64,000 nt of DNA from an uncultured Candidatus Saccharibacteria bacterium (GTDB taxonomy: Bacteria; Patescibacteriota; Minisyncoccia; UBA6257; CAYRSR01). The stretch's first letter is position 1; every line of letters starts with the position of its first letter. The stretch covers positions 168-64,167 of the forward strand of contig CAYRSR010000003.1 in assembly GCA_964427275.1 (NCBI GenBank). The letters run 5' to 3'. Below are positions 8,230-20,922 of the stretch, piece by piece. The notes beneath the pieces were generated by a model. It was not told the origin of the DNA, did not search any database, and worked only from the letters and a program-made list of their open reading frames with translations. The translations under genes were made by a program, and so were the position numbers.

Positions 8230-9471
8230 ATGGTCATAGTGTGGCTATTGTTAGCCTTAGGGGTGGTAATTGTAGTTTTATTTTGGAAACGTATTTCAGC
8301 TAGTTGGCTGGAGTATGTAGAAAGAAGATATCGGCAGAAAAAAAACTGGAAATTATTGGAGGTAACTATACCTATTGAAGTAACCAAGGGACCTAAAGCT
8401 ATGGAACAAGTTTTAATAGCTTTGCATCAGCCAGGTGCTAATATTATTGAGAAAAGATTTTGGTTTAAAGGATTGCAGAATATTTTTTCTAAAATTGATT
8501 GTTTTCTGGACCAATGGATAAGAGGAAAAAGAAAGGAATTTAGTCTGGAATTGATGGGAAGAGCCAGAGAGGTTCATTCTTATATTCGAGTTCCAGGAGA
8601 GTATCGAAATTTAGTAGAATCGGTAATTTATTCTCAATATCCTCAAGCTGAAATTGTTGAACAGAATGATTATACTGAAGATTTTCCAGTTGAACTGATT
8701 GGTTCAGTTTATGACCTGTGGAGCGCTGAATTTGTGTTGGCTAAAGATAGCGTTTATCCGATTAAGACTTATTTATCCTTTGAAGGGAAAAAGGGAAAAA
8801 CTGAAGTGGTTGATCCTTTAAGTCATGTATTTGAAGTAATCTCTGAACTAAAGAAGGATGAGGCAATCTGGCTTCAGATGATAATTAGACCAGCCCCAGA
8901 AAGTTTTTACCAAAGAGGAGAAAAAGTTATTGCTGAACTATCTAAAAAGAAACCTCCTTCAAAAAGCCCTGCTGAAGTATTTATTGATTTTTTAAGTAAC
9001 TTAATTAGAGCTCCCTTTGAGCCGGTTCTTACTGAAAAAGAAGAAAAGAAAAAAGCACCCAGCTTGAGTCAGAGAGAACGAAAGATAATAGAAGCAATAG
9101 AAAATAAGCTTTCCAAACTAGCTTATCAGGTTGGAATAAGATTTATTTATATTGATAGAATAGATGCATTTACAGCTTCTAATGTTTCAGCTGTACGACA
9201 ATTCTTCTCATTATTTAGCAGTTTAGACCTTAATGCTTTTAAGATGAAGCCAATCTCAGTGAAAGTTCCAGTTACAGCTCGAAAATTTTTAAAAAGAAAA
9301 AGAGAATACTTAATGAGTTATAAAGAAAGAAAATTTCCTCAGGAAAGTTCCATTTTAAGTACTGAGGAGCTGGCATCCATTTATCACTATCCTACCGAAG
9401 CAGTTGAAGTACCAATATTTCGGAAGAAACCCAAGAAAGCTAAGCCACCTTCAGAATTGCCGGTAATGTAG
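8230..9471 (+). CDS. hypothetical membrane-anchored protein
   Basis: 413-aa ORF with an N-terminal transmembrane helix and a K/E-rich middle. Its stop is 8 nt before comEC. Confidence 0.4.
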   Translation: MVIVWLLLALGVVIVVLFWKRISASWLEYVERRYRQKKNWKLLEVTIPIEVTKGPKAMEQVLIALHQPGANIIEKRFWFKGLQNIFSKIDCFLDQWIRGKRKEFSLELMGRAREVHSYIRVPGEYRNLVESVIYSQYPQAEIVEQNDYTEDFPVELIGSVYDLWSAEFVLAKDSVYPIKTYLSFEGKKGKTEVVDPLSHVFEVISELKKDEAIWLQMIIRPAPESFYQRGEKVIAELSKKKPPSKSPAEVFIDFLSNLIRAPFEPVLTEKEEKKKAPSLSQRERKIIEAIENKLSKLAYQVGIRFIYIDRIDAFTASNVSAVRQFFSLFSSLDLNAFKMKPISVKVPVTARKFLKRKREYLMSYKERKFPQESSILSTEELASIYHYPTEAVEVPIFRKKPKKAKPPSELPVM

Positions 9472-9479
9472 CGAAATCG

Positions 9480-10652
9480 ATGCTTCCTTATCAATTTCTT
9501 CTTTATTCTATAACTTTCTTTTTAAGTGGAATTTTTATAGCTTCTTTTCAGCTTAGTTTTTTAATTATTTCATTAATAGTTCTGCTATTTTGTTTAATTT
9601 TGATTTTTTTAACATTTTTTTACCCTGAAAAATCGAAGTTTTTCATTTGTTTAGCTGGTTTATCTTTCTTTATTTTAGCTGGAACATCCTACTTTTTATT
9701 TTTTAAGGATTTAGATTTAACTCCAGACTGTCCTGATTTTCTTCTATCAGCTAGAAAATTTATGGTAAATTCGTTTAAGCGAGTTTTGCCGGTGCTGGAA
9801 AGTAAATACCTAACCAGTTTAATGTTTGGAGAAAAATATCAGCTAAGTCAAGAATTTAGAGATTTACTTGCTTCAGCTGGAGTAGCTCATCTGGTAGCTT
9901 TCTCTGGTTTACATCTGACCATATCAACTTTATTGATAACCGGGGTAATTTCTTATTTTTTCTCACCTGGTTTCAGTTTACTTATAACCATAATTTTGAT
10001 TTCATTATTACTTCTAATCACTGGATTTAGAGCTACAGCTTTACGAGCAGGTATTATGATGATTGCTTACCTTCTAGCCAGTCAGGTTGGCCGGAAAATA
10101 AAACCAGTTATCATTGTTAGTTTAACTGCATTAATAATAGTGCTTTTAAAGCCAGCCGCTTTAACTCAGGACTTAGGATTTCAATTTTCCTTTTTAGCTG
10201 TTTTGGGATTGATTTATATTAAAGAACCTTTGCGAAGATTTTTGAAAATGAAAAATCAGCCTGGGATTCTTTCCTGGAGAGAGATTTTTTTGACTACCAG
10301 TTCGGCTTTAATTGCAGTTAACCCGCTGTTAATAATTAAGTTTAATCAAATATCGCTGGTAGCTATAGTTTCCAACTTACTGATTTTAGGATTTGTACCC
10401 CTAACTTTAGTTTTAGGATACCTGATTGGATTTTCTGCTATTCTTTCTAACCATTTATCTATTATACTTGGATGGTTTGCTTATATATTGATAAAATATC
10501 AGATTTCAGTAATTCAAATTTTTGGAAGGTTAAATCAAATTATTCAGAATAGCCTTCCCTTTACTTTTTTCACAAATTTTGGTATAGTAGCCCTGTATTG
10601 TTTGGGAGTTATTATTCTGATTTACAGAAATAAAGCACATGACGCGCTCTAA
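9480..10652 (+). CDS. comEC: ComEC/Rec2-family competence channel protein, core only (no MBL domain)
   Basis: Polytopic membrane protein with the competence-domain motif [20 protein letters not shown]. Confidence 0.65.
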   Translation: MLPYQFLLYSITFFLSGIFIASFQLSFLIISLIVLLFCLILIFLTFFYPEKSKFFICLAGLSFFILAGTSYFLFFKDLDLTPDCPDFLLSARKFMVNSFKRVLPVLESKYLTSLMFGEKYQLSQEFRDLLASAGVAHLVAFSGLHLTISTLLITGVISYFFSPGFSLLITIILISLLLLITGFRATALRAGIMMIAYLLASQVGRKIKPVIIVSLTALIIVLLKPAALTQDLGFQFSFLAVLGLIYIKEPLRRFLKMKNQPGILSWREIFLTTSSALIAVNPLLIIKFNQISLVAIVSNLLILGFVPLTLVLGYLIGFSAILSNHLSIILGWFAYILIKYQISVIQIFGRLNQIIQNSLPFTFFTNFGIVALYCLGVIILIYRNKAHDAL

Positions 10653-10851
10653 GATTTATAAACGGGGAACAGTAATTGAAGCATTACCTGGTTTAACTTT
10701 TAGGGTAAAACTAGACCAGCAAGAAGAGATTTTAGCTCATCTTTCAGGAAAAATGAAAATGTACCGTATTAAGATAGTACCTGGAGATAAAGTAGATGTA
10801 GAAATTTCTCCTTACGATGCTAGTCGGGGTAGGATAATTAGAAGATTGTAA
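10639..10851 (+). CDS. infA: translation initiation factor IF-1
   Basis: S1-like fold. [18 protein letters not shown]...[19 protein letters not shown] is strongly conserved. Confidence 0.9.
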   Translation: MTRSKIYKRGTVIEALPGLTFRVKLDQQEEILAHLSGKMKMYRIKIVPGDKVDVEISPYDASRGRIIRRL

Positions 10852-10861
10852 GTTAATTATT

Positions 10862-10975
10862 ATGAAGGTGAAAAGCTCGGTTAAAAAAAGGTGTAAGAAT
10901 TGTAAGATTGTCCGCCGAAAAAAGCGGGTTTATGTTATCTGCAAAAATCCCAAGCATAAACAAAGACAGGGATGA
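10862..10975 (+). CDS. rpmJ: 50S ribosomal protein L36
   Basis: Unlisted 37-aa [40 protein letters not shown] (a C-x2-C...C...H zinc ribbon). Confidence 0.85.
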   Translation: MKVKSSVKKRCKNCKIVRRKKRVYVICKNPKHKQRQG

Positions 10976-11088
10976 TAAAAATTCAAAATTCAAAAATCAA
11001 AAATCAAAATGACAATTTAAAATTCAAAATGAACAAATGTTAAAATGATTTTGAAATTTGCTAATTTTAACATTTTACATTTATTATT

Positions 11089-11472
11089 ATGCGTTTTTTG
11101 GGAGTAAATATACCAGATAACAAAAAAATTAAAATAGCCCTAACTTACATTTATGGAATTGGGGTTAGTTTGGCTTATCAGGCCCTTAAGGCAGTTAAAA
11201 TAGATCCTGAATTGAGAACTAACCAGCTTGATTCAAGCCAGATTAGCAGGTTAAAGGAATATATAGAAAAGAACTATCGAATTGAAGGTGCTTTAAGGCA
11301 GGAAATTAGGCAAAATATTGAAAGATTAAAAAGGATTAATTGCTATCGAGGAATACGTCACATTAAGCATTTACCAGTTAGGGGTCAGCGAACCAGAACT
11401 AATTCAAGAACGGTAAGAGGAAATGTTAGAAGAACCGTAGGAAGTGGAAGAAGAAAAATAGAATTAAAGTAA
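11089..11472 (+). CDS. rpsM: 30S ribosomal protein S13
   Basis: The MRFLGVNIPDNKKI...YGIG signature. Confidence 0.93.
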   Translation: MRFLGVNIPDNKKIKIALTYIYGIGVSLAYQALKAVKIDPELRTNQLDSSQISRLKEYIEKNYRIEGALRQEIRQNIERLKRINCYRGIRHIKHLPVRGQRTRTNSRTVRGNVRRTVGSGRRKIELK

Positions 11473-11478
11473 CCTATT

Positions 11479-11928
11479 ATGGGTAAAAAAAGAGTTGTTA
11501 AAATAGCTGGGCAAGAAGTTATTAAGGAATCAAAAGCTCGAGAAGAAGCGCTAATTAGAAAGCTGGTTAAGAAAGGAAAGAAATTGGAGAAAGGAAGAAT
11601 TTATATTCAGGCCAGCTACAATAATACTAGAGTTACAGTTACTGATGAAAAAGGTGATGTAATAACCTGGGCTACGGCTGGCTCGCTTGGCTTTTCTGGT
11701 CCCAAAAAAACTACTCCGTTTGCTGCCAGTAAAGTTGCTGAAGTGGTAGTCGAAAGGATAAAAAAATTGGGAGTTGGGGAGGTAGATGTTCTGGTAAGTG
11801 GAATAGGTAGTGGAAGAACAGCTGTTTTGAAAGTTTTAGCTAGCCAAAATATAAATATTGTTTCAATCAAAGATATTACTCCAATTCCACACAATGGTCC
11901 TCGACCTAAAAAGGTAAGAAGAGTATAA
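11479..11928 (+). CDS. rpsK: 30S ribosomal protein S11
   Basis: Conserved S11 core (ASYNNTRVTVTD...GSLGFSG...). Confidence 0.93.
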   Translation: MGKKRVVKIAGQEVIKESKAREEALIRKLVKKGKKLEKGRIYIQASYNNTRVTVTDEKGDVITWATAGSLGFSGPKKTTPFAASKVAEVVVERIKKLGVGEVDVLVSGIGSGRTAVLKVLASQNINIVSIKDITPIPHNGPRPKKVRRV

Positions 11929-11931
11929 ACT

Positions 11932-12540
11932 ATGCGGATAATTAGAGCAAAAGAAAAGAAGGAGAGAGCTTTAGGGGTTAAATTACTACTAAAACCGATT
12001 AGAGGACAATCGGCTAAAGCAGCTATTTTAAGAAAGCCTTATCCTCCTGGAGTTCATGGTCTTAAAAGAAAAGCCAGGAAGCTGTCCGGATATGGACGAC
12101 AGCTTCAGGAAAAACAAAAATTACAAATTACCTATGGATTAACCAACAAACAATTGAGGCGAATTTTTCAGAAGCTTCAAGGACCGGATGAAATTCTATC
12201 ATATTTGGAAAGGAGGCTGGATAATGTAGTCTTTAGATTAGGACTAGCAAAATCTAGAGCTATGGCTAGACAGCTTGTAGTTCACGGGCACTTTCTAGTA
12301 AATGGGGTTAAAGTAAAAAGTCCCTCATATCAGGTAAGATTAGATGATGAAATTTGCATTCGGCCTCAAAGTCTTAACAAAAAAGTATTTAAGGACTTAA
12401 CACTGGAATTAAGAGCATATCAGCCTCCTTCCTGGCTGGAACTAGATAAAGAAAAATTACGAGGTAAGATAATTAGCTTACCTGAAAATATTTCTTGCCC
12501 CTTTGACTTAGGTCTAATAATCAATTATTATTCAAGATAA
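11932..12540 (+). CDS. rpsD: 30S ribosomal protein S4
   Basis: S4 N-terminal and S4 RNA-binding domain (RLDNVVFRLGLAKSRAMARQLVVHGH). Confidence 0.93.
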   Translation: MRIIRAKEKKERALGVKLLLKPIRGQSAKAAILRKPYPPGVHGLKRKARKLSGYGRQLQEKQKLQITYGLTNKQLRRIFQKLQGPDEILSYLERRLDNVVFRLGLAKSRAMARQLVVHGHFLVNGVKVKSPSYQVRLDDEICIRPQSLNKKVFKDLTLELRAYQPPSWLELDKEKLRGKIISLPENISCPFDLGLIINYYSR

Positions 12541-12541
12541 T

Positions 12542-13237
12542 ATGGAATCACTAAGCGATATTATCGAGGTTAAAAAAATTTTTGATGATGGAAGACGGGG
12601 AGAGTTTCATATTGAAAAGTTGTATCCAGGGTATGGGATAACTATAGGGAATGCTCTCAGAAGAGCTTTACTTTCTTCCCTGCCTGGAGCGGGAATTACA
12701 AGTATAAAAGTTGAGGGTGTCTCTCACGAGTTTTCTACTATTCCGGGGGTTAAAGAAGATCTGGTAGAAGTTATATTAAACTTAAAGAGAATTCGCTTTA
12801 AGTTTGTTGGAGAAGAACCCCAAATCTTAACTTTAAATGAAGTTGGGAAAAAGAAAGTAAAAGCCAAAGATTTAAGATGTCCACCTCAGGTTCAACCAAT
12901 TAATAAAGATTTTCCCATTCTTACTCTGGTTGATGATAAAGCTAAGATAAATATGGAATTAACTGTAGAAAAGGGGTTAGGGTATTCACCAGCGTCTCAA
13001 AGACCGGCTAAAAAATTACCAATCGGAACTATTCTTATTGATGCCATTTTTTCTCCAATTGAGAAAGTAAATTTTTCGGTTGAGAATATGAGAGTTAGAG
13101 AGAGAACCGATTATAATAGACTGAAATTAGAAATTGAAACAGATGGTTCTTTAACACCAACTGAAGCATTTAGAAAAGTAAGTCAAATTTTAAGAGATCA
13201 CTACGATAGAATAGAGCAACAGCTAACTAAACTATGA
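12542..13237 (+). CDS. rpoA: DNA-directed RNA polymerase alpha subunit, N-terminal domain only (no alpha-CTD)
   Basis: 231 aa with alpha-NTD motifs (GYGITIGNALRRALLSSLPGAGITSIKVEGV). It ends where rplQ starts. Confidence 0.85.
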   Translation: MESLSDIIEVKKIFDDGRRGEFHIEKLYPGYGITIGNALRRALLSSLPGAGITSIKVEGVSHEFSTIPGVKEDLVEVILNLKRIRFKFVGEEPQILTLNEVGKKKVKAKDLRCPPQVQPINKDFPILTLVDDKAKINMELTVEKGLGYSPASQRPAKKLPIGTILIDAIFSPIEKVNFSVENMRVRERTDYNRLKLEIETDGSLTPTEAFRKVSQILRDHYDRIEQQLTKL

Positions 13238-13551
13238 GAAAGCTAACTAAAAAAAAACTTTTAAAAGTGCTGGCTGGCAACTTAATTATCTGGGAGAAAA
13301 TAAAAACTACTGAAGGAAGAGCCAAAAAATTAAGGGTATTTTTAGAGCCACTAATTAGCATAGCAAAAAAACAAACTCTATCTTCTTACAGGTTTCTTTT
13401 AGCTCGGTTACCTAAAACTGCAGCCAATAAACTTTTTTATGAAATAGCCCCAAGGTATAAAAATAGACCGGGTGGTTACTTAAGAATTATCAAACATTCT
13501 AAAAGAAGATTAAATGATGGAGCCAGGATGGCTACTATAGAATTTGTCTAA
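13234..13551 (+). CDS. rplQ: 50S ribosomal protein L17
   Basis: The GGYLRI motif, and it follows rpoA. Confidence 0.9.
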   Translation: MRKLTKKKLLKVLAGNLIIWEKIKTTEGRAKKLRVFLEPLISIAKKQTLSSYRFLLARLPKTAANKLFYEIAPRYKNRPGGYLRIIKHSKRRLNDGARMATIEFV

Positions 13552-13882
13552 AATTATGGAAATTGATGCTAAAAATAAAGTACTGGGTAGGTTAGCTTCA
13601 GAAATTGCTCAGATTTTACAGGGGAAAAATAAGCCCGATTATCATCCTCAACTGGAAGGAAAAGAAAAAGTGATTGTTTTAAATGCGGATAAAATAAAGC
13701 TAACCGGGAAAAAGAAACAGAAGAAGATTTATTACAGTGTTCCAGCTGGTTATGTTGGTCATTTAAAAAAAAGAACCTTTTTGCAAATTGGACCAAAGCA
13801 GGCTTTAAGAAAAGCTATTTATAACATGCTTCCTAAAAATAGGTTAAGAGCAAAAAGGATGAAAAGGTTAATCATAAAGTAA
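13544..13882 (+). CDS. rplM: 50S ribosomal protein L13
   Basis: Conserved N-terminus (IDAKNKVLGRLASEIAQILQGK). Confidence 0.9.
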   Translation: MSKIMEIDAKNKVLGRLASEIAQILQGKNKPDYHPQLEGKEKVIVLNADKIKLTGKKKQKKIYYSVPAGYVGHLKKRTFLQIGPKQALRKAIYNMLPKNRLRAKRMKRLIIK

Positions 13883-13884
13883 TT

Positions 13885-14292
13885 ATGCCTAAAAAATTGG
13901 GAAAAATTAAGTACATTGAAGGAATTGGTAGAAGAAAAGAAAGTACAGCTAGAGTAAGAGTTTATCCTACTAGAAAAACCGGAGAATTTATAGTAAACCA
14001 AAAGAATTATCAGGATTATTTTCCATTAGAAAAGTATCAGCAGATTGTAACTGCTCCACTGAAGTTAATTAATCGTAAAATAAATGTTTCGGTAAAAGTA
14101 AAAGGAGGGGGAATTACCGGGCAGGCTGAGGCAATCAGGTTAGGGTTGGCTCGTGCTTTGGTTAAATTAAATGAAGCCTGGAGGCCTGAATTTAGAAAGC
14201 TGGGATTACTTACCAGAGATCCTAGAATGGTGGAAAGAAAGAAATATGGATTGAGAAAAGCCAGACGAGCTCGCCAGTGGAGAAAGAGATAA
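13885..14292 (+). CDS. rpsI: 30S ribosomal protein S9
   Basis: GRRKESTARVRV...GGGITGQAEAIRLGLARAL and a basic C-terminal tail. Confidence 0.9.
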   Translation: MPKKLGKIKYIEGIGRRKESTARVRVYPTRKTGEFIVNQKNYQDYFPLEKYQQIVTAPLKLINRKINVSVKVKGGGITGQAEAIRLGLARALVKLNEAWRPEFRKLGLLTRDPRMVERKKYGLRKARRARQWRKR

Positions 14293-14311
14293 TTTTACTT
14301 GTAGTTTTCTA

Positions 14312-15991
14312 TTAGTTTAGTGTTGCCTTTATTCTTCTAATTCCTTTTCCGATTCCTTTTTCTTTTAATATTTTGAATTTACCTAATTCGGAAGTATTTT
14401 TCACATGAGGCCCTTTACATATCTCTTTACTGTAATCATCAATAAAGTAGACTCTAACTATATCTGGGTACTTCTGCTTAAAGAATGCCAAAGCTCCAAT
14501 TTTTAATGCTTCTTGTAGGGGCATTTCTCTGTAGTAAACTTTCAAGTTTTGTTTTATTTTTTGATTAACTATCTCTTCTATTTTTTTCAGTTCTGCCTCA
14601 GTTAACTTTCTTGGAAAATTAAAATCAAATCGCAGTCGTTCAGGAGTAATATCTGAGCCCTGTTGTTGAACCTGATTTCCTAAAACATCTCTCAATGCTT
14701 GATGTAAAAGGTGAGTTGCAGTATGAAGTTTTTTGATTCTTGGGTGAGGAATAAACCCGTGTCCTCCAAATTTTGCCTCAACTCCAGCTCTAGAAACTTC
14801 TTGATGTTTTTTTAGTAATTCTTGAAATTCTATCTCGGAGAAATTTTTAAGCTTATCTGGTGCCAGGTATTTGATTAATTCCGGTGATAGACCAAAACTT
14901 TGGTATAAGTTGAATACTGCCTTGGTGTCAATAAACTTGAGTTTACTTATTTCTTTTATTCCTCGTCTCAATGTCTGCTGAAATTGAGATATTTCTGCAT
15001 TTAGGACTTTAAGTATTTTAGGTAACTCTAATTCTTTATAAATTGACTGGTATTTTTCCACTACTGCTTTTACTCCTTCATTGAAAATCTGATAATCAAG
15101 TTCGTATTTATACTGGTAGACAGTTAACTTTCTGATTAGTCTTCGTAAAATATACCCAGCTTCTTTGTTTGAAGGAATTAATCCATCTCCAATTAAAAAA
15201 CTAATTCCTCTAAGATGGTCAATAAATATTCGTTGCTTAGTTTCATCTAAGTTCTTGCCATATTTTTGAACCACTGAAGCTAAAGGGGAAAATAAATCAG
15301 TTTTAAAAACATTGGTAGTTTTGTTGAGTATTGCAGTTAGCCTTTCCAGACCCATTCCGGTATCCACTCCGAATGTTTTCAACTTGGAGAGTTGGCCATC
15401 CTTTTGTTGATAATACTGGTTGAAAACTATATTCCAGACTTCCAGTCCATCAATATATATTTCGGTTGTAGGGCCACAAGGACCTTCAGCACCAGTAGGT
15501 CCCCAGAAATTATCTTCTCTGCCGCCAAATTTTATTTTGTCGGCAGGTAATCCAATTTCCTCTTTCCAAATTCTTAAACTTTCTAGATCTGATTCCAGTT
15601 TTTGGCCTTTAAATACCGAAACAAAGATTCGACTAACTGGAATTTTTAGTTCTTTGATTATAAATTCCCAGGCCAACTTTATAGCTTTCAATTTAAAATA
15701 GTCTCCAAAGGAGAAGTTACCAAGCATTTCAAAGAAGGTTAAATGACTAGTATCTCCAACTTTGTCTAAGTCAGTGGTTCTGAAACATTTTTGAATGGAA
15801 CAAACTCGTTTGGTGTTAAAATCTTTAACTGGATCAAGTAATCCTGAAAAATAAGGCTTGAATTGCTGCATTCCAGCAGTAGTTAAAAGTACCTGAGGGT
15901 CATCAGCCAATAACGATGAAGAAGGAATTATTTTATGTTTATACTCCTTGAAGAAAGTTAAGAATTTTTCTCGAACTTCTTCTGATTTCAT
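14312..15991 (-). CDS. alaS: alanine--tRNA ligase, compact form (catalytic plus editing core, no C-Ala domain)
   Basis: N-terminal class II AlaRS motifs ([23 protein letters not shown]), the editing-domain HTATHLLH zinc motif, and ...GIRRIKA near the C-terminus. Only 559 aa. Confidence 0.85.
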   Translation of the reverse strand: MKSEEVREKFLTFFKEYKHKIIPSSSLLADDPQVLLTTAGMQQFKPYFSGLLDPVKDFNTKRVCSIQKCFRTTDLDKVGDTSHLTFFEMLGNFSFGDYFKLKAIKLAWEFIIKELKIPVSRIFVSVFKGQKLESDLESLRIWKEEIGLPADKIKFGGREDNFWGPTGAEGPCGPTTEIYIDGLEVWNIVFNQYYQQKDGQLSKLKTFGVDTGMGLERLTAILNKTTNVFKTDLFSPLASVVQKYGKNLDETKQRIFIDHLRGISFLIGDGLIPSNKEAGYILRRLIRKLTVYQYKYELDYQIFNEGVKAVVEKYQSIYKELELPKILKVLNAEISQFQQTLRRGIKEISKLKFIDTKAVFNLYQSFGLSPELIKYLAPDKLKNFSEIEFQELLKKHQEVSRAGVEAKFGGHGFIPHPRIKKLHTATHLLHQALRDVLGNQVQQQGSDITPERLRFDFNFPRKLTEAELKKIEEIVNQKIKQNLKVYYREMPLQEALKIGALAFFKQKYPDIVRVYFIDDYSKEICKGPHVKNTSELGKFKILKEKGIGKGIRRIKATLN

Positions 15992-16896
15992 AAGTTTTTT
16001 AATTGTTGTATTTTTGGATTTTTTCGCAGTCTACTTAATGCCTTAGCTTCAATTTGTCGAATTCTTTCTCTGGTTACTCCAAATTTTCTACCTACCTGCT
16101 CTAAGGTATGACGATAATATCCTCCTAATCCAAATCGCATTTGAATTACTTTTTGTTCTCTTTCTGGAAGTTCTTTAATAGCTTCGTTTAGGTATTGGCA
16201 TAAAAGTGAATAATCGGCTGATTCTGTTGGAATGTCCGTCTTTACTTTAAGAAATTCCAGCAAAGTAGCTCCCTCTGATTCATCTCCAATTGGTGTTTCA
16301 AGAGACAATACTCTTTGGGAGATTTTTTGAATTTCCTGAGCTTTTTTTGTACTTATTCCCATTTCATTAGCTATTTCTTCTAAAGTTGGTGCTCTGTTTA
16401 GAACTTGAGCTAATTCTTGTTTAGTTTTAGTAAACTTGGCAATAGTTTCTACCATATGAACCGGAATTCTAATTGTTCTGGATTGGTCAGCTAAAGCTCT
16501 GGTAATAGATTGTCTAATCCACCATGTGGCATAAGTGGAAAATTTGAATCCCTTTCGCCAGTTAAATTTTTCTACTGCCTTAAATAGTCCTAAGTTTCCT
16601 TCCTGAATTAAGTCTAAAAAAGTTAAATGGGGAGTTCGGTTAACATAACGTTTAGCAATTGAAACTACCAGTCGTAAATTCGATTCTACCAATTTTCTTC
16701 TGGCTTTAAGTGAACCCTTCTCTTTCTGTTTGGCAAGTTCTATTTCTTCTTGTGGTGTAAGTATTGGAATTTTTCCAATTTCTCTTAAATACATCTGAAC
16801 ATTATCCAGTTGAATAGGCTTGGTTAATTCTGCAGGAAGTTCAAACTTACCTTCTTCTGGTGGATGCTCCGGACTAGTTTGTGTCTTTTTCTTCAT
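15988..16896 (-). CDS. rpoD: RNA polymerase sigma factor, short sigma70 (regions 2-4)
   Basis: Region 2.4 ([16 protein letters not shown]), region 3 and region 4.2 ([24 protein letters not shown]). It overlaps the dnaG stop, as in a dnaG-rpoD operon. Confidence 0.85.
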   Translation of the reverse strand: MKKKTQTSPEHPPEEGKFELPAELTKPIQLDNVQMYLREIGKIPILTPQEEIELAKQKEKGSLKARRKLVESNLRLVVSIAKRYVNRTPHLTFLDLIQEGNLGLFKAVEKFNWRKGFKFSTYATWWIRQSITRALADQSRTIRIPVHMVETIAKFTKTKQELAQVLNRAPTLEEIANEMGISTKKAQEIQKISQRVLSLETPIGDESEGATLLEFLKVKTDIPTESADYSLLCQYLNEAIKELPEREQKVIQMRFGLGGYYRHTLEQVGRKFGVTRERIRQIEAKALSRLRKNPKIQQLKNL

Positions 16897-18548
16897 AATT
16901 CTTTTTTGATTAAATTAATTTTTTGATAGGTAGCTTGAAATTCCTTTAGTAGTTTATTTAGTTCATTTAGGTTTCCATTCTGCTGGGCCAGTTCAATTTT
17001 GGATTTTAATTTTTCACCCTGATTTTTATAAAATTCAATTTTTAACTGGTTGATTAGTTCTTGAAAAAGTTTTTCCATTTCAATTTGGTCAATGTTTTGA
17101 AATTTGTAATCTCCTCTTAACTCTAATAAATTAATTTCTTGATTGTTGTTGCCATGTAGAATTTCTTGCCATTTTGGCGGTAAAAACTCCTGATGCTCTT
17201 CTAGGCTAGGCAAGAATTGTTTGTTACTGAATGCCAGACTGAATAAATCCTGGCAAATTAAATCTATTCTCGGTATTTTTTCTTTTGAAACTAAGTTACT
17301 GGATAATGCTGGACTGGTTTTTATTCTTTCCAGTTCATCTAAAAGTATTGATTCTTTAATTTTAGTCTTTAAAGAAAGTTGCTGGATTATATGATACTGT
17401 TCAAGTTGTGAAGAGAGTTGTTTTATTAAACTTAACAGGTGAAGGACATTTTTTTTACGAATTTCCCAGGACTGCTCTGGCTTAATATAGAAATCAAATA
17501 ATACCCGAAATACTGGTTTTGGTTGACTTTTTTTAAAGAAATCTGGCTCACTTAAGATTGCTTCAGCTGGATCTTTAAATTTTCCTAAATCCAGGGCTAA
17601 AATTTCAAAATCCATTTTAGCTAAATTTTCTAGATATTTTTCCAATGCATTTATTCCAGCCTCATCCTTATCAAAACAAACAATTATTTTATTCACTCCG
17701 GTTCTTTTTAATAAGTTTAATTGAATGTTAGTTAGAGCAGTTCCTGAAGTTGCTACCGCGTTTTTAATTCCAGCCTGCCAGCACATTAAAAAATCCATCT
17801 GACCTTCCACCAGAAAAGCATTTTCAGTTTTTCTTATTTCAGCTTTACTTTTGTGAAATCCATATAAAATTTTTGACTTATTAAATATTAGAGTTTCTGG
17901 AGAGTTTAAGTATTTTGGTTGTTGTTTTTCTTTTAAACTTCTTCCACTAAATCCAACTATTTTGCCAAACTGATTGTAAATTGGGAAAATGATTCTATTT
18001 TGAAAGAAATCTGTGGTTTTGGGTTTAATTTTAGCTAATCCAGCTGAAACAATCTCATCTGCTGAGTAACCTAGATTCATTAAATGAATTGTTAAATTAT
18101 CACCGGCTGGAGCAAATCCAAGTTCAAATTCCTGAATTGTTTTTGAGTTTAGTCCTCTGGTTTTAAGATAATTTAAAACTTCTGAATTTAGATTTTGTTT
18201 GAAAAAGTCTTTAGCTTTAGAATTTAAATCATAAAGTAAGTCAATTTTTTTCTGGTCTAAGGTGGAGTACCTAGTGTATTCAATTCCAGCTTTTTCAGCT
18301 AGGATTTTTAAAGCCTCTTGAAAACCAATATGCTCATATTCCATCAAAAACTTGATTACATCTCCTCCCTTTCCGCAACCAAAACAATGCCAGATTTGCT
18401 TTTCTCTTGAAACCATAAACGAAGGAGTTTTTTCTGAATGAAATGGACATAAAGCTTTGTAATTTTTTCCAGCTGGAACTAGACGGATATATTCAGAAAT
18501 AAATTCTACTATGTCTATTTTTTCTTTAATTTGGTCAATTAAAGTCAT
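16893..18548 (-). CDS. dnaG: DNA primase
   Basis: Zinc-ribbon [11 protein letters not shown]...CFGCG and a TOPRIM domain (LVEGQMDFL...DKDEAG). Confidence 0.85.
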   Translation of the reverse strand: MTLIDQIKEKIDIVEFISEYIRLVPAGKNYKALCPFHSEKTPSFMVSREKQIWHCFGCGKGGDVIKFLMEYEHIGFQEALKILAEKAGIEYTRYSTLDQKKIDLLYDLNSKAKDFFKQNLNSEVLNYLKTRGLNSKTIQEFELGFAPAGDNLTIHLMNLGYSADEIVSAGLAKIKPKTTDFFQNRIIFPIYNQFGKIVGFSGRSLKEKQQPKYLNSPETLIFNKSKILYGFHKSKAEIRKTENAFLVEGQMDFLMCWQAGIKNAVATSGTALTNIQLNLLKRTGVNKIIVCFDKDEAGINALEKYLENLAKMDFEILALDLGKFKDPAEAILSEPDFFKKSQPKPVFRVLFDFYIKPEQSWEIRKKNVLHLLSLIKQLSSQLEQYHIIQQLSLKTKIKESILLDELERIKTSPALSSNLVSKEKIPRIDLICQDLFSLAFSNKQFLPSLEEHQEFLPPKWQEILHGNNNQEINLLELRGDYKFQNIDQIEMEKLFQELINQLKIEFYKNQGEKLKSKIELAQQNGNLNELNKLLKEFQATYQKINLIKKEL

Positions 18549-18559
18549 TTTTCCTTTAG

Positions 18560-18643
18560 CGGAGAGGGCAGGATTCGAACCTGCGAGAGCTTTCGCTCAC
18601 ATGTTCTCCAAACATGCGCTTTAAACCACTCAGCCACCTCTCC
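18560..18643 (-). tRNA. tRNA-Ser (GGA)
   Basis: Acceptor GGAGAGG/CCTCTCC, anticodon stem-loop CAUGU-UUGGAGA-ACAUG, long variable arm, T-loop TTCGAAT. Confidence 0.8.
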
Positions 18644-18701
18644 AAATTTTGCCCTGTTGCAAAACCCACTTTGTGAGGGTTTTGACAAGGCAAGGCAGTT
18701 T

Positions 18702-20366
<1,665 letters not shown>

Positions 20367-20657
20367 TTATTCCAAAATGGCTAGTATTTCATCTTCTTCC
20401 CCAACCAGATACTTTTTATCATTAATTTTAATTTCATCCAATCCGTATTTTTTAAATAGAACTATATCTCCAACCTTTACTTGCATTGGAATTCTCCTTC
20501 CTTCTTCAGTTAATTTTCCTGGTCCAACTGCCACTATCTTTCCTTTGATTGGTTTTTCCTTTTCTGCAGTTTCAGGGATAACTATTCCTGCTCTGGTTTT
20601 TTCTTCTGATTCAATTGGTTCAATAAAGACGTGGTTGGATAATGGTTTAATATTCAT
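20367..20657 (-). CDS. groS: co-chaperonin GroES
   Basis: 96 aa with the mobile-loop region ([29 protein letters not shown]). Confidence 0.93.
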   Translation of the reverse strand: MNIKPLSNHVFIEPIESEEKTRAGIVIPETAEKEKPIKGKIVAVGPGKLTEEGRRIPMQVKVGDIVLFKKYGLDEIKINDKKYLVGEEDEILAILE

Positions 20658-20842
20658 AATACTTAACTTTTTCGACCTTTAGTTTAGTAGCAATAGCTAG
20701 GTTAATTCTGCTAAACGATTATAGTTTTATCTCAATTTAATGTCAATATTTTTGAGTAACTTTTTTCAATTCAGTTCGTTTTATCTAATGGAAGCAAAAT
20801 TGAAAGTTATCCACAAGGTTGAGAATTTTTTAGTCGGACTTG

Positions 20843-20922
20843 TGGTATAATATATTAGCCGAGGGTGAGGTCTAAAAATTCGTTTTAGAGTTTTCAGTAT
20901 CTCACCTTTGGTGAGATTTTTT
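20843..20922 (+). ncRNA. candidate short transcript or attenuator: extended -10 promoter, about 65-nt RNA, intrinsic terminator
   Basis: TGgTATAAT at 20843-20851. Stem ATCTCACC / GGTGAGAT (20899-20917) followed by TTTTTT. It lies upstream of the 21057 gene. Confidence 0.3.
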
